Source of the DNA: a bacterium
GTDB taxonomy: Bacteria > Patescibacteriota > Dojkabacteria > GCA-016699595
Assembly (NCBI GenBank): GCA_016699595.1
Contig: CP064982.1
Location: forward strand, 709,118 to 761,814
Direction of reading: 5' to 3'
Length of the DNA: 52,697 bases
The notes under the pieces are model-generated. The model did no database searches. It was not told the origin of the DNA and saw only the letters and a program-made list of their open reading frames with translations. Of this stretch, positions 31,882 to 42,222 are shown in pieces. The translations under genes were made by a program, and so were the position numbers. Every line of letters begins with the position of its first letter. Within the stretch, counting starts at the first letter, position 1.

Positions 31882-33417
31882 ATGCTTACAATCAACGACA
31901 TATCGAAATTAGACGAAGATAATTTATCACAAACTCAAATGAATAATACCACATCATCTGCTATTGATTTTCAATCTTTTCCTACTGATGACAACAAGAC
32001 CGATGAGAAAGATTTCTTGGAAAAGGAAAGTTCAAAATCAAAATCTGGAGTAACCAACAGAAAGAGAAGAACAACAGCTACATCTAGATTTAGCCCAGAA
32101 GAGATGCAGAATACTGATAGTAGATATCAAGAAAGAAAAGAAAAGTTTGATAGAACAAGTGAGACAATGCGAGTCTCAGACCTTGAAGATAAAACACTTT
32201 TGGAACTTAGGAAAGTTGCACAAGATTTGTCTGTTGGGGGTGTTGAAAATTTCGAAAAAAAGGAATTGATATTGAAAATTGTTGAAGAACAAGTAAAGAA
32301 AGGAGGTAATATTTTCGTGAATGGATTTCTAGAAATTGTCAATGATAACTCGCATGGGATACTACACTCAAATTCACTACTACCAGGTGAGAATGATGTA
32401 TATATAAGTTCATCACAGATAAGGAGATTTAACCTACGAAAGGGTGATTTTGTCACTGGGCAAGCAAGAGCAGCAAAGGAAGGAGAAAGATACTTGTCTC
32501 TATTGAAAATAGAAGCAATTGATGGAGTTGATCCAGAAAAATCTTTGGGCAGACCAACTTTTGAAAAACTAACTCCAATATTTCCAGACAAGCAAATCAA
32601 GCTTGAAACTACCAAAGAAATTATCTCTACCAGGATTATTGACTTACTTGCACCTATAGGAAATGGACAAAGAGGCATGATTGTAGCACCTCCAAAATCA
32701 GGGAAAACATTTTTATTGAAAGATATAGCTCTTGGAGTGCGTAAAAATTATCCCGAATATCACTTAATGATAGTCTTGATCGGCGAGAGACCCGAAGAAG
32801 TCACAGACATGAGAAGAACAGTTGAAGGTGCTGAAGTTTTTGCATCGAACTTTGATGAATCCCCCCAAGATCAAGTCAAAGTCGCAGAACTTGCATTAGA
32901 GAGAGCAAAAAGACTAGTTGAGGTTGGTAGAAATGTTGTTATTTTGATGGATTCTTTGACTCGATTAGCAAGAGCTTATAATGTAGCGTTACCTGCTTCT
33001 GGTAGGACACTATCAGGCGGAATGGATCCTATAGCTTTGTATCCTGCGAAAAGATTTTATGGAGCTGCAAGAAACTTTGAAGTAGGTGGTTCACTAACTA
33101 TCTTAGCTACAGCATTGGTTGAAACGGGGTCTAGGATGGATGAAGTTATATTTGAAGAATTCAAAGGAACTGGAAATATGGAACTGAAGTTAAGTAGGGA
33201 TCTCGCTGACAAAAGAGTTTTTCCATCTATTGATATAGAACAATCTGGAACAAGAAATGAAGAACTTCTTTTGGGTCAGGAAGTACTATCTCAAAGCTGG
33301 AGAATTCGAAGAATGATGGAACTTCTAAATAGTAATGAGAAGAATGATGTGATAATTGAAAGAATGAAGAAGACAAAAAACAATACTGAATTTCTTCAAT
33401 CATTAGTGGAAGGCTAA
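31882..33417 (+). CDS. rho: Transcription termination factor Rho with N-terminal extension
   Basis: [59 protein letters not shown] and FKGTGNMEL. Confidence 0.97.
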   Translation: MLTINDISKLDEDNLSQTQMNNTTSSAIDFQSFPTDDNKTDEKDFLEKESSKSKSGVTNRKRRTTATSRFSPEEMQNTDSRYQERKEKFDRTSETMRVSDLEDKTLLELRKVAQDLSVGGVENFEKKELILKIVEEQVKKGGNIFVNGFLEIVNDNSHGILHSNSLLPGENDVYISSSQIRRFNLRKGDFVTGQARAAKEGERYLSLLKIEAIDGVDPEKSLGRPTFEKLTPIFPDKQIKLETTKEIISTRIIDLLAPIGNGQRGMIVAPPKSGKTFLLKDIALGVRKNYPEYHLMIVLIGERPEEVTDMRRTVEGAEVFASNFDESPQDQVKVAELALERAKRLVEVGRNVVILMDSLTRLARAYNVALPASGRTLSGGMDPIALYPAKRFYGAARNFEVGGSLTILATALVETGSRMDEVIFEEFKGTGNMELKLSRDLADKRVFPSIDIEQSGTRNEELLLGQEVLSQSWRIRRMMELLNSNEKNDVIIERMKKTKNNTEFLQSLVEG

Positions 33418-33499
33418 TTTGTAGTATTTACTCTTTTCTATGGATTCTTTTCGCTGAATCTACTTGGAGATTATTAATATATCCTAAAATACTAACACT

Positions 33500-33528
33500 G
33501 TTGTCATATTTTCGCAAATATAGTAAAA
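33500..33528 (+). promoter_or_regulatory. Promoter of LysM-M23 gene
   Basis: TTGTCA-17-TAAAAT, 10 nt before the ATG. Confidence 0.65.
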
Positions 33529-33538
33529 TGTAGTATTT

Positions 33539-34849
33539 ATGAGCAGATTTTTTGTTAGTTACAACAAACTACAAAACAAGTTACATGAAGAAATAGCTGT
33601 TGTTGAGGAAGCTGATCCATTGCCTAATAGCGATGTAGACAATTTTCTACTATCTATTTTCAGATATGTCTTGTATAAGTTCAAATCATTTCTCACTTAT
33701 CTTTACTATAGTTTTTTTAGGCTTCTTGAAATTGTAGAATTAACAAAAGATTTCCTAGTCAAAAAAATGTTTTGGGGTAGAAGCCCAGTTTATAAAATTG
33801 GTCTTCAGGGTGGAATATTTATATTCACAGTATTGATTGCTCTTTACAATCTGACATCTATTCTTTCAGTAGCATATGCTAGTGAAAACTATGATTCATA
33901 CTACAATCCATCATCAGATCTGATTATCAGGGAATCTGCTTCCCTAAAAAACATTGCTGACTCGCAATCCAGAAAGATAATATCTGTGGAAACGGAAACT
34001 TACACAGTTCAGCAAGGAGATACACTTGAAAAAATCGCCGAGAAGATGGCATATAAATTTGCAGATATGTATAAAGAAATGATTGATATTCAAGTAACAC
34101 CAGAAATGATTAAGGCAAAAAAAGATGTGATTAGGTATGCCAATAATTTGATTTATGAAAATCCAGTATTGAAAGTAGGTCAACAACTTCAGATCTATCA
34201 TTTTGATGGTATGGTTTATCAAGTCAAAGACGGAGATAATATATCCAGTATTGCAGAAAAGTTTAAAATCACTATAGAAGATGTCGTTCAGATAAATGAA
34301 CTTGAATATAGTGAAGATAAATCAATATCGCTTATTACAAATCAAGTCTTGCTACTTCCTAGGCCATATATTGAACCCGGAAAACAATATGTTGCACCGG
34401 TCAAAGTTACTGTAACTAATGTGAAAACAACAAATGTAAGTGCTGCGACTGTGTCTTCTACTTCCAATTTTCCTTTAGATACTTCATGTAATCATGGATT
34501 TTCGAGAGGACTGCAGTGGAGTGGGAATTATATGACACACACAGGTATAGATATTTGGGGATCTGTTGGGTGCAAAGAATTGGCTGTTTGGAGTGGTACT
34601 GTAGTTGTTGCCAGTTATTATTGTGGTGCTTGTGGAAATACGGTGATAATTGAGCATGATAATGGGACAAGAGCAATATATTACCATGGTAATGGAACTT
34701 ATTATGTAAAAGTTGGTGATAGGGTTGTTCCAGGTCAAGCAGTACAAGGTTTGGGAAGTACTGGAAACAGCACTGGACCACATTTACACTATGAATTAAG
34801 AGTGAATGGTGCTATAGTCAATCCATTGAATTATTTCTCACTTCAATAA
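33539..34849 (+). CDS. Membrane-anchored LysM (x2) + M23 metallopeptidase
   Basis: TM segment, YTVQQGDTLEKIA, YQVKDGDNISSIA, HTGID (HxxxD) and GSTGNSTGPHLHYE (HxH). Confidence 0.92.
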   Translation: MSRFFVSYNKLQNKLHEEIAVVEEADPLPNSDVDNFLLSIFRYVLYKFKSFLTYLYYSFFRLLEIVELTKDFLVKKMFWGRSPVYKIGLQGGIFIFTVLIALYNLTSILSVAYASENYDSYYNPSSDLIIRESASLKNIADSQSRKIISVETETYTVQQGDTLEKIAEKMAYKFADMYKEMIDIQVTPEMIKAKKDVIRYANNLIYENPVLKVGQQLQIYHFDGMVYQVKDGDNISSIAEKFKITIEDVVQINELEYSEDKSISLITNQVLLLPRPYIEPGKQYVAPVKVTVTNVKTTNVSAATVSSTSNFPLDTSCNHGFSRGLQWSGNYMTHTGIDIWGSVGCKELAVWSGTVVVASYYCGACGNTVIIEHDNGTRAIYYHGNGTYYVKVGDRVVPGQAVQGLGSTGNSTGPHLHYELRVNGAIVNPLNYFSLQ

Positions 34850-34876
34850 AAAGGTCCAAAATTAAGCTAACCAGGC

Positions 34877-35818
34877 TTACAAGTTACTATTGCGTTTGGC
34901 TAACTTTGCTACTGACCTAGTCAATTTGAAAAATAAGTACTTTCTTTTATTGAGGATTATATCTACTCCGGGATCTAACTGTTCTTCTGATCCACCAAGC
35001 GAAAGTTTGAATTTTGTAAAACCATCCCATGTAGGATCTGGGATCAAGTCTCTTCCAATGATGCCGCAAAGGTCATAGTACTTGACATTGAGTGATTTCA
35101 AGAATTTCATTATTTCAAAATGCAAAAAAACAGAAGATCCTTTGACTGGTTCGAATTTCATCTTGCCACCATAGATATAGTAAGCTGTATTTCCACTTAC
35201 AATCAACCATGCAGAACAGATAACTTTAGTATCATTCAAAACATTAAAAATGAAACTTCTGGAGGCTGATTTAGCAAGGTTTACAAAAAACTCTAGTTCG
35301 TGTCCTTTAAAACTTTGATTCTTGCTAGAACTATATGAATCAAAAAACTTTTCTACTAAATTCAATTCTATTTCATTACTTTCAGAATTTGTCTCCAAAG
35401 TATAAACTTTTTTAGCTTTATTGTAATTATTTTTATTGCTTGAGCTAAAGTTACTATAGATTTGGCCCTCATCTAGCTCAAGGTCAATTCTCGAAGTATA
35501 GTGATAATAGTTATGATAAAAAGATAGAATTACAGGCTTGCCATCAATTATGCTGGTTTTATCAGGCAAAACCTCCTTGTCAATATTAGGTTCGATATGT
35601 AGGTGTGCTATACCTTTGGGAAGGATTTTCAATATTTCTCGTAGATCCTCTACATATAGATTTTCACACATAGACAAATCAGCCATTTTGACAACATTTC
35701 TATAATTTTCGATTTTGATCAAAAAATACCTTCCGTCATTTGATGTATGTTCAACACATTGAATTTGCGACCTAATTAGAATGCTTTTCCAGTCTTTTGT
35801 TTGTGTAGGATGAGACAT
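34877..35818 (-). CDS. FemABX-family (GNAT) peptidoglycan bridge/lipid II aminoacyltransferase-like protein
   Basis: HLHIEP, TSRIDL..DE..IYSNFS, AYYIYGG, YYDLCGI and WDGFTKFKLSLGG. Confidence 0.8.
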   Translation of the reverse strand: MSHPTQTKDWKSILIRSQIQCVEHTSNDGRYFLIKIENYRNVVKMADLSMCENLYVEDLREILKILPKGIAHLHIEPNIDKEVLPDKTSIIDGKPVILSFYHNYYHYTSRIDLELDEGQIYSNFSSSNKNNYNKAKKVYTLETNSESNEIELNLVEKFFDSYSSSKNQSFKGHELEFFVNLAKSASRSFIFNVLNDTKVICSAWLIVSGNTAYYIYGGKMKFEPVKGSSVFLHFEIMKFLKSLNVKYYDLCGIIGRDLIPDPTWDGFTKFKLSLGGSEEQLDPGVDIILNKRKYLFFKLTRSVAKLAKRNSNL

Positions 35819-35892
35819 TTGTTATTTCAAATATCTCATTATATCAATTTTGGTTGTAATTGAGCATGTAATTTTATATGATAATAGATATT

Positions 35893-37506
35893 ATGAAAGT
35901 AACAATAAAAGTATTTCTAACAATAATTGTGGCGATATTTTTTATCAATAGTACAGTTTATGCTTTGCCCGATAGCTATAATTTCGAGATCAATGGTGAT
36001 AAATTTGATGAAATTTCAGGAATAATTCTTCCAAATGCAAATCAAATAGCTATAGTTTCAACTTCTTGGAATCCAAATGTTCGCACTGGCATTCCCGAAT
36101 GTAATGGACTTACTGAAGGCGGAGGTTTGTGTGGTAATGGTGATATATACCTCACAATTATTGACATCGCATCACAAAGGCAAGTATCGCAAATTTTACT
36201 AGCAGATGATAATGCGGAAGGCATCTTGAACCAGGAATATGCTTCGATAATCTACAATTCATTAAAGGATGAATACTTAGTAGCGTGGCAAGAATTGCCT
36301 GCAAATACAAGTAGATTTAACTATAATGGCTACGAAGGAAGTTTCGAGGTTGGTTATGATATATACGCACAAAGGATAAAAATTCAAAATGGACAAGTAA
36401 GTAAGCTTGGCTCGAAATCTTTGGTCTCAAATGCACAAGATAGTCAATGGGTTCCTCAAATAGCATACAACAAAGATAATAATGAATATTTATTGACTTG
36501 GCATGATCATAGAAATAGAGGTGCAATTGGTGTTGACCCTCAAAAAGATATATATGCCCAAATACTTGGATTTGATCCCCAAGGGCAGCTATATAGGAAA
36601 GGGTCAAATTTTGTAATAACTAAAGAGGGCACTTCAAATGCAAAATACTACCAAGAGTACTCCGGCTTGATTTACGATGAAAGCACGAAGCATTACATCG
36701 TTCTATGGCATGATAGTAGAACTACAAAAACAAATACAAATACAACGGCTGAGATTTGGGGACAGATCTTGGACAAAGATGCAAACTTCATTGGTACTAA
36801 TGTTCCTGTCGTGAGAACAAATGAAGGTATTCGTTCTAGTGCATTTGTAAAATTACACAATATCCCGAATTCAGCAAATTACTTTATCTCTTGGGATCAA
36901 GTAGATGAGGTGCAAAATAGATCTATCGGATTTGCTGTTTTAGATCCTGAGCTTAAAATTATAACTATAGAAGATGGTATCAAAAAAAGCGCGATTTCAT
37001 TGACGGGTTCGTCAGTTATATCAAATTCTTCTTGTAATGCAAATTACTGCGAAGTTCTATGGAGAGAAGGAAGCTTTATTCAGAGTGTAATAAAACATTT
37101 GTCGACAACATCTTATGTTGAAGGTATAAATGTCGATTTTGGTACACATGTAAACAATACGCTATCTCTATCTACAAGTAATCTTACGGTAAGTATGTTT
37201 GTTGGATCTGGTGCATTGAATTTTTATGTAACTTCAGATATCCCTTCTATACCTGAACCTCCAATTGTTAGTAAATGTACAAAGTACGACCTAAATAACG
37301 ATGACAAGGTAACTATTATGGGTGATTTTACTAAGTTTTTGTTAGAATTTTCGAATCCAGCTGTAAATTCTGTAGCTGACTTTAGTAATCCAAAAGATGG
37401 TAAGGTGGATATAGTAGATTTTGTAATGTTCAGAAATGCATTGTATCAATATGCTGTTACGAAGAGCTGTGACGTATCTGTTTTAGAGACAGAGTTTAGA
37501 CCGTAA
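35893..37506 (+). CDS. Secreted beta-repeat protein with C-terminal dockerin-like domain
   Basis: Sec signal peptide (..STVYA|LP), repeats Y(L/I)xxW.D.R...DIY(A/G)Q(R/I), P-rich linker and two DxNxD/DGKVD..D loops. Confidence 0.8.
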   Translation: MKVTIKVFLTIIVAIFFINSTVYALPDSYNFEINGDKFDEISGIILPNANQIAIVSTSWNPNVRTGIPECNGLTEGGGLCGNGDIYLTIIDIASQRQVSQILLADDNAEGILNQEYASIIYNSLKDEYLVAWQELPANTSRFNYNGYEGSFEVGYDIYAQRIKIQNGQVSKLGSKSLVSNAQDSQWVPQIAYNKDNNEYLLTWHDHRNRGAIGVDPQKDIYAQILGFDPQGQLYRKGSNFVITKEGTSNAKYYQEYSGLIYDESTKHYIVLWHDSRTTKTNTNTTAEIWGQILDKDANFIGTNVPVVRTNEGIRSSAFVKLHNIPNSANYFISWDQVDEVQNRSIGFAVLDPELKIITIEDGIKKSAISLTGSSVISNSSCNANYCEVLWREGSFIQSVIKHLSTTSYVEGINVDFGTHVNNTLSLSTSNLTVSMFVGSGALNFYVTSDIPSIPEPPIVSKCTKYDLNNDDKVTIMGDFTKFLLEFSNPAVNSVADFSNPKDGKVDIVDFVMFRNALYQYAVTKSCDVSVLETEFRP

Positions 37507-37507
37507 A

Positions 37508-39820
37508 TTGGATCATAAAAATAAACAAAAAAGAATAGCTGGCCTAGTTGTAGTGATAATAATTCTATTTGGATTGCTGATGTTCTTTGCTTCTTATCTT
37601 GATCGAAAATCTGATCTAGCACCTACCCAAAGTAGTGCAGGCTCACCGCCTCAAATAAACAAAAATGATGTAAAGACTGTCGCTGCATCGGCATGTTCTG
37701 GTATAAATCCGTCAACGGCTCAATACTTTAGTGACATAGATGCTCTTCATTGTCGCATGCCATGGAATGATATTCAGTTAGGTCATGGATCTGGAAACTA
37801 TAGTGCTGCAACTTCATCTACACAACTTAGGATGTCTGATTTTGACTTTTCTAGTCTTGATAACTGGATACGGTCAAACTATTCTTATGGTAAGTACTCA
37901 ATACCTTCAATAATGTTTAGAGGTGATTATTATTATCAATGTGCTACATATAACGATTATCAAGAAATGCCTAAGTTTTTGCTAAGTGATAGTAACTATA
38001 ACCCAATTCCTGGAAATAGGTATATGGCTTCAAAGGGCGATGATCAAGGAGAATCTGAATGTGAACTAGGTCCGCATTTTGTTTGGGATATACCATATAA
38101 ACAAGTCAACTATTTAGACGGTGAAGTTAAGAATGCAATATCAAACCTAGTATTGGCACTGAAAGTCCATCTAAAGGAAACTGATCTTGATGGCACGGGT
38201 AAAAAACTCATTGATGCAGTTCCGGATATTGAGATAAGTATCGGTCATCAAGGTGAGGCAAGACCAATTAGCAAGAATGTTCATTCGGATTTTCCGTTTC
38301 CTCTTTTATCTTGTGACCAATACAATCCTGCTACTCCAGAAAAGTACTCAGATTACTGTCATTATATACAAAATGGGTATAACGGTGATACTTGGACAAA
38401 TTGGCAAAAGTGGCTTTTGCAAAAGTATTCTGAGGTATTCTCTGGTACAGAAGTTGATTTATACTATATACACAGTGGAGCTTTGGATTCTGCTACTGAG
38501 GCAGGTCAAGTAGTCCCATATGCATTATCACTAGGAATAGGATTGAAGTCTACTGGATTATCCGGTGTACTAGGGCCGGGTAGTGGCAAAGAGTATGCTA
38601 CTTGGGGAACTGGTCCAAATGGTTTTACATTTGCAAACTGGTGGTCGATACATAGAATGTACTGGGACAATAGTGGAGATACGAACATTATACACGAACA
38701 TGGGACCTCAGCAGAGCCTGCATTTCATAGGCTTGCAACACAAATACATCCATTTGGCTACTATTGGCTACTGTTGACATCTCTTTCTATGCATGCGGAT
38801 CAAGTTCAGTACTTGTCAAATCATTTTGAACCAGCCAGAGGAGACTCTACATGGAACTTAGGAGTAAGTTCCACTTATACTAACTGGGCAAAGAAGTATC
38901 TTGGAGTAAATATCTCTAGTAGTCCAGGTGCATTTGTAATTTTGAGAGAAAATGCATTACTTAGCCATGAAAATATAACTAATGCTCAGTGGCATGATCC
39001 AAGTCAAGTGAGTAGTATGCTGGCTAAGGAGCAAGGTTCTGGAGGTTGTTACTACTGTGATATGGGGAACTATAATTTCTTTATGACTGGTAATGATGGG
39101 AAATCTGGGAATAATGGTCAAAATTTACCAAAGTGGAACTTTCCATCAGCATATTCAAATCTATGGAATCCAGTTAATGGAATTCCAAACTCTGCAATAG
39201 CAAAAGAAGACTTTGCCTACAGAGAGACAGATATAATTAATGGTTACGATAGATTCTGCTTCAATATAGAAGATGCTTATAGAAGCAAATTTGCATCAAA
39301 CTTTAATCTGGCAATAAATATTACATTGAAGACTAATTCAAGAAATCTGGCATTGCTTTATGATACGAATAAGCAACAAGCAATTGCAGTCAATTCTTCT
39401 AATTGGACAAAGGTCAGTTTGAATCTTGGAAGTGTTGAATTTAGAAACTCGATTTCGGGTAATGATTTCTGTATTGTAAATAATGATAGGACAAATAATC
39501 TGGCTCTCCACATGGTTGAAGTTTTGCCTGAATCAGCGACTGCTACAACATCAACACCTGCGACAAGTGCATCTTCTAGTTCTTTGCAACAGCAATGTAC
39601 AATGTATGACCTCAATAGTGATGGTGCAGTTCAAATACTTGGAGATTTCACAAAGTTCTTAGAATCATTTGCAACCACAAATGAAAATTTACTTGGAGAT
39701 TTCAATGATGATAAAAAGGTTGATATCTTTGACTTCGTAATGTTTCGAAATGCCTTACTCAGGTACTCTATAACTAGATCATGTGAACTTAGTGTACTTG
39801 ATCAAGACTTTGTGCCATAG
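37508..39820 (+). CDS. Membrane-anchored putative glycoside hydrolase (GH42/DUF4832-like barrel) with C-terminal dockerin-like domain
   Basis: N-terminal TM segment, RMPWNDIQ...DFSSLDNWI pattern, S/T-rich linker and a dockerin-like tail paralogous to the upstream gene. The catalytic family call is tentative. Confidence 0.7.
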   Translation: MDHKNKQKRIAGLVVVIIILFGLLMFFASYLDRKSDLAPTQSSAGSPPQINKNDVKTVAASACSGINPSTAQYFSDIDALHCRMPWNDIQLGHGSGNYSAATSSTQLRMSDFDFSSLDNWIRSNYSYGKYSIPSIMFRGDYYYQCATYNDYQEMPKFLLSDSNYNPIPGNRYMASKGDDQGESECELGPHFVWDIPYKQVNYLDGEVKNAISNLVLALKVHLKETDLDGTGKKLIDAVPDIEISIGHQGEARPISKNVHSDFPFPLLSCDQYNPATPEKYSDYCHYIQNGYNGDTWTNWQKWLLQKYSEVFSGTEVDLYYIHSGALDSATEAGQVVPYALSLGIGLKSTGLSGVLGPGSGKEYATWGTGPNGFTFANWWSIHRMYWDNSGDTNIIHEHGTSAEPAFHRLATQIHPFGYYWLLLTSLSMHADQVQYLSNHFEPARGDSTWNLGVSSTYTNWAKKYLGVNISSSPGAFVILRENALLSHENITNAQWHDPSQVSSMLAKEQGSGGCYYCDMGNYNFFMTGNDGKSGNNGQNLPKWNFPSAYSNLWNPVNGIPNSAIAKEDFAYRETDIINGYDRFCFNIEDAYRSKFASNFNLAINITLKTNSRNLALLYDTNKQQAIAVNSSNWTKVSLNLGSVEFRNSISGNDFCIVNNDRTNNLALHMVEVLPESATATTSTPATSASSSSLQQQCTMYDLNSDGAVQILGDFTKFLESFATTNENLLGDFNDDKKVDIFDFVMFRNALLRYSITRSCELSVLDQDFVP

Positions 39821-39882
39821 GGTGGTCAAGGCTTGAAGATATTTGCACAGTCCAATGCTTAGTGCGTCTATACCTTATTACC

Positions 39883-40683
39883 TTAGAAAATATATTCTAT
39901 GGGATTATTTTCAATTAACTTTGTGCAAAATTCGCAATTGAAAACACTTGATTTCATTTTCATAAAAACTTCACTGCCAATTTCGAAGTAATGTTGTGCG
40001 TTTTCACTTGATTGCAAAAATTCCATGAGATTTCGTAGGTCTTCACTGTAACAAAGGCTGGCAGGTCTTGGATTGGTAAAAAAATTATACATTGCTTCTA
40101 GAAACTGAAAAATATTGATATTCGTACGGTTGAAATAGACATACCTCCATACAGTGACTATGGGTTCAAGTTCATCAATTAGTTCGAAGTTATAATAGAG
40201 GTCCATATCTTTTTGTATCAACTGAATGGGTTTGAAATTTTGCAAAAAGTCGTTAAAAGGTTCCTTCAGCTTGAATGGGAGTGAGTTCAAAATATGCATA
40301 TTTACACTTGCTTCAAGTTTTTCCCGTTCGTCTGCACTCAAAATTTTCATGCCTGCCAACTCTTCATTTGTATAAGCTGGAATATCGCCAATGACAAGTT
40401 CGCTCATATCATGAAAAATGCAAAACTCAGCCAGTATCTTTCGATTCAAATCCAAATGCATTGCATCTAAGAACAAATCTAGGTTGTACGCCAAGCTTCT
40501 TTCGTGATCAAATATGGATTGTACTGGTAGATGAAGCTTGTATTTCTGAACTCTGACACTTTTGCCTGTTCTAGCTGTAGACTTAAGAATTCCCAATATT
40601 TCATAAGACTTACCATTATAGTCAAAAGAAATATCTTTGAAATCTTCTGCAAAATTCAAAAAGTATGATAATGTAGATGTCAT
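39883..40683 (-). CDS. HD-domain phosphohydrolase (YfbR/HD_3-like)
   Basis: QSIFDH..., CIFHDMSELVIGDIPA and ELIDELEP. Confidence 0.75.
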   Translation of the reverse strand: MTSTLSYFLNFAEDFKDISFDYNGKSYEILGILKSTARTGKSVRVQKYKLHLPVQSIFDHERSLAYNLDLFLDAMHLDLNRKILAEFCIFHDMSELVIGDIPAYTNEELAGMKILSADEREKLEASVNMHILNSLPFKLKEPFNDFLQNFKPIQLIQKDMDLYYNFELIDELEPIVTVWRYVYFNRTNINIFQFLEAMYNFFTNPRPASLCYSEDLRNLMEFLQSSENAQHYFEIGSEVFMKMKSSVFNCEFCTKLIENNPIEYIF

Positions 40684-40733
40684 ATTTTCAATAAAATTTG
40701 TAACAATTAGTATGAATTCATTGTAGCATAGTC

Positions 40734-40762
40734 TTGCTAAGACAATTTAATTTTGATAAAAT
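40734..40762 (+). promoter_or_regulatory. Promoter for the tRNA-Arg/His and downstream operon
   Basis: TTGCTA-17-TAAAAT with TGn extension. Confidence 0.7.
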
Positions 40763-40782
40763 GTTTTATTGATTCAAAGTTT

Positions 40783-40856
40783 GTCCCCATAGCTCAGCTG
40801 GATAGAGCGGCTGCCTTCTAAGCAGTAGGTCGGATGTTCGAATCATCCTGGGGACG
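40783..40856 (+). tRNA. tRNA-Arg (anticodon TCT)
   Basis: GTCCCCA/TGGGGAC acceptor, GCTGC-CTTCTAA-GCAGT anticodon arm and GGATG-TTCGAAT-CATCC T arm. Confidence 0.95.
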
Positions 40857-40868
40857 ATCAATATTTAT

Positions 40869-40946
40869 GAGGGAATTAGCTCAATTGGTTAGAGCGTCGC
40901 TCTGTGGAAGCGAAGGTTGGCGGTTCAAGCCCGCTATTCCCTCCCA
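40869..40946 (+). tRNA. tRNA-His (anticodon GTG), with encoded G-1 and CCA
   Basis: G-AGGGAAT/ATTCCCT-C-CCA (G-1:C73) and TCGCT-CTGTGGA-AGCGA anticodon arm. Confidence 0.95.
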
Positions 40947-40955
40947 AACTGCTTT

Positions 40956-41543
40956 ATGTCAATACTTTTTCAAATAGATAAAATTATCACCAAATATATA
41001 AACTCCTTGAATGTTTTTGGTAGTGCTTTTGATAGTTTGATGAAAATTATGTCAGATGACAGGTTTCTTATTTTTTTGCTAATTGTTTCAATTTTTATCG
41101 TCGCGATATCATTTTATTTACTTTGGAAGAGGATAGGGATTTCAAAACGATTGCAAAGTTACTTCACTTTTGAATCTCTGAGATTTCTCTTGCTTGTAGG
41201 AATATCTACGGTCATAGTTCAAGTTATCAAGCAATTAACTCATAGGGCAAGACCATATGAAGCGGATTTAGAAATTATTCTCCGACAATCTGTAGATCTT
41301 TCAGACACTGCTACTAGTATGCCCTCTGCACATACAGCACTTGCATTTGTTTTAACATTTTTTTTCATTTTTGGTGATTATCCGAAAACTATTAAAGTGA
41401 CATTTCTTATTCTAGCAATACTTATAGCGATCTCAAGAATTTACTTGGGAATGCATTTTTTTTCTGATATACTAGTTTCAATCCTTATAACTTTAAGCTT
41501 GGTAGTTTCATTTAATATTTACCAAAAAAGATCTAAGGTATAA
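40956..41543 (+). CDS. PAP2-family phosphatase (undecaprenyl-PP phosphatase-like)
   Basis: KQLTHRARP, SMPSAH and SRIYLGMHFFSD. Start moved to ATG 40956, after the tRNA. Confidence 0.9.
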   Translation: MSILFQIDKIITKYINSLNVFGSAFDSLMKIMSDDRFLIFLLIVSIFIVAISFYLLWKRIGISKRLQSYFTFESLRFLLLVGISTVIVQVIKQLTHRARPYEADLEIILRQSVDLSDTATSMPSAHTALAFVLTFFFIFGDYPKTIKVTFLILAILIAISRIYLGMHFFSDILVSILITLSLVVSFNIYQKRSKV

Positions 41544-41554
41544 AAATTTCACAT

Positions 41555-42214
41555 ATGGAAAATTCACAACCTGCCAATTCACAGTTTTCAACGAATAAGG
41601 AAAAGAAGGCTAAATCTATCCCAAATTCACTTTTAGTAGCCGGATTTATTATGATAGTTCTTGTGCTTGTTGGGATCATCTCCTTTATTGGTTACAAAGA
41701 ATATTTGAAACGAGACAAAAGTAGCATTAATTTTGCACTGTCGCAAATAGCAGATGCACTAAATCATAGAGATTCAGAAGGTTTTTTGAAATTTGTAGAT
41801 CAAGAATCTTTTACGACATCAGTAGTAGATGGAGTATATTCAAAGTTAGTTGAAGAGACTGTTCAAGCAACAGGTTTAGACAAAGCAAATGTAGAAACGT
41901 TGCTAACTAAAGATATGGTTAGGATAATGATTGAACGAAAGGGTGCAACCTTGGACGAGATTCAATCTTTTATTGATAATGATAGTTCTAGAACAAATCA
42001 ATATATAAATGAAGTGACGGGGCAGATTTCCAAGTACAAAGACAAAAGTTTTTCAAAAGAAAAAACGGTGAAAGTTCCTCTTGAGATGGACACTCCAAAA
42101 GGCAAGCTTAACATGAGCTTAGAATTTTCTTTAGTCAACGGGTCTTATTTATTGACCGGATTAGAGGTATCCGAAGGATGGGATACTATGTTGAAAATTT
42201 TACAACTTAATTAA
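41555..42214 (+). CDS. Hypothetical single-TM exported protein
   Basis: 219 aa with one TM segment at aa ~25-47. Confidence 0.7.
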   Translation: MENSQPANSQFSTNKEKKAKSIPNSLLVAGFIMIVLVLVGIISFIGYKEYLKRDKSSINFALSQIADALNHRDSEGFLKFVDQESFTTSVVDGVYSKLVEETVQATGLDKANVETLLTKDMVRIMIERKGATLDEIQSFIDNDSSRTNQYINEVTGQISKYKDKSFSKEKTVKVPLEMDTPKGKLNMSLEFSLVNGSYLLTGLEVSEGWDTMLKILQLN

Positions 42215-42222
42215 ATATAAGT

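Noticed and set aside
40917-40955. N-terminal extension of the PAP2 ORF
   Set aside because: It overlaps tRNA-His. ATG 40956 is used instead.
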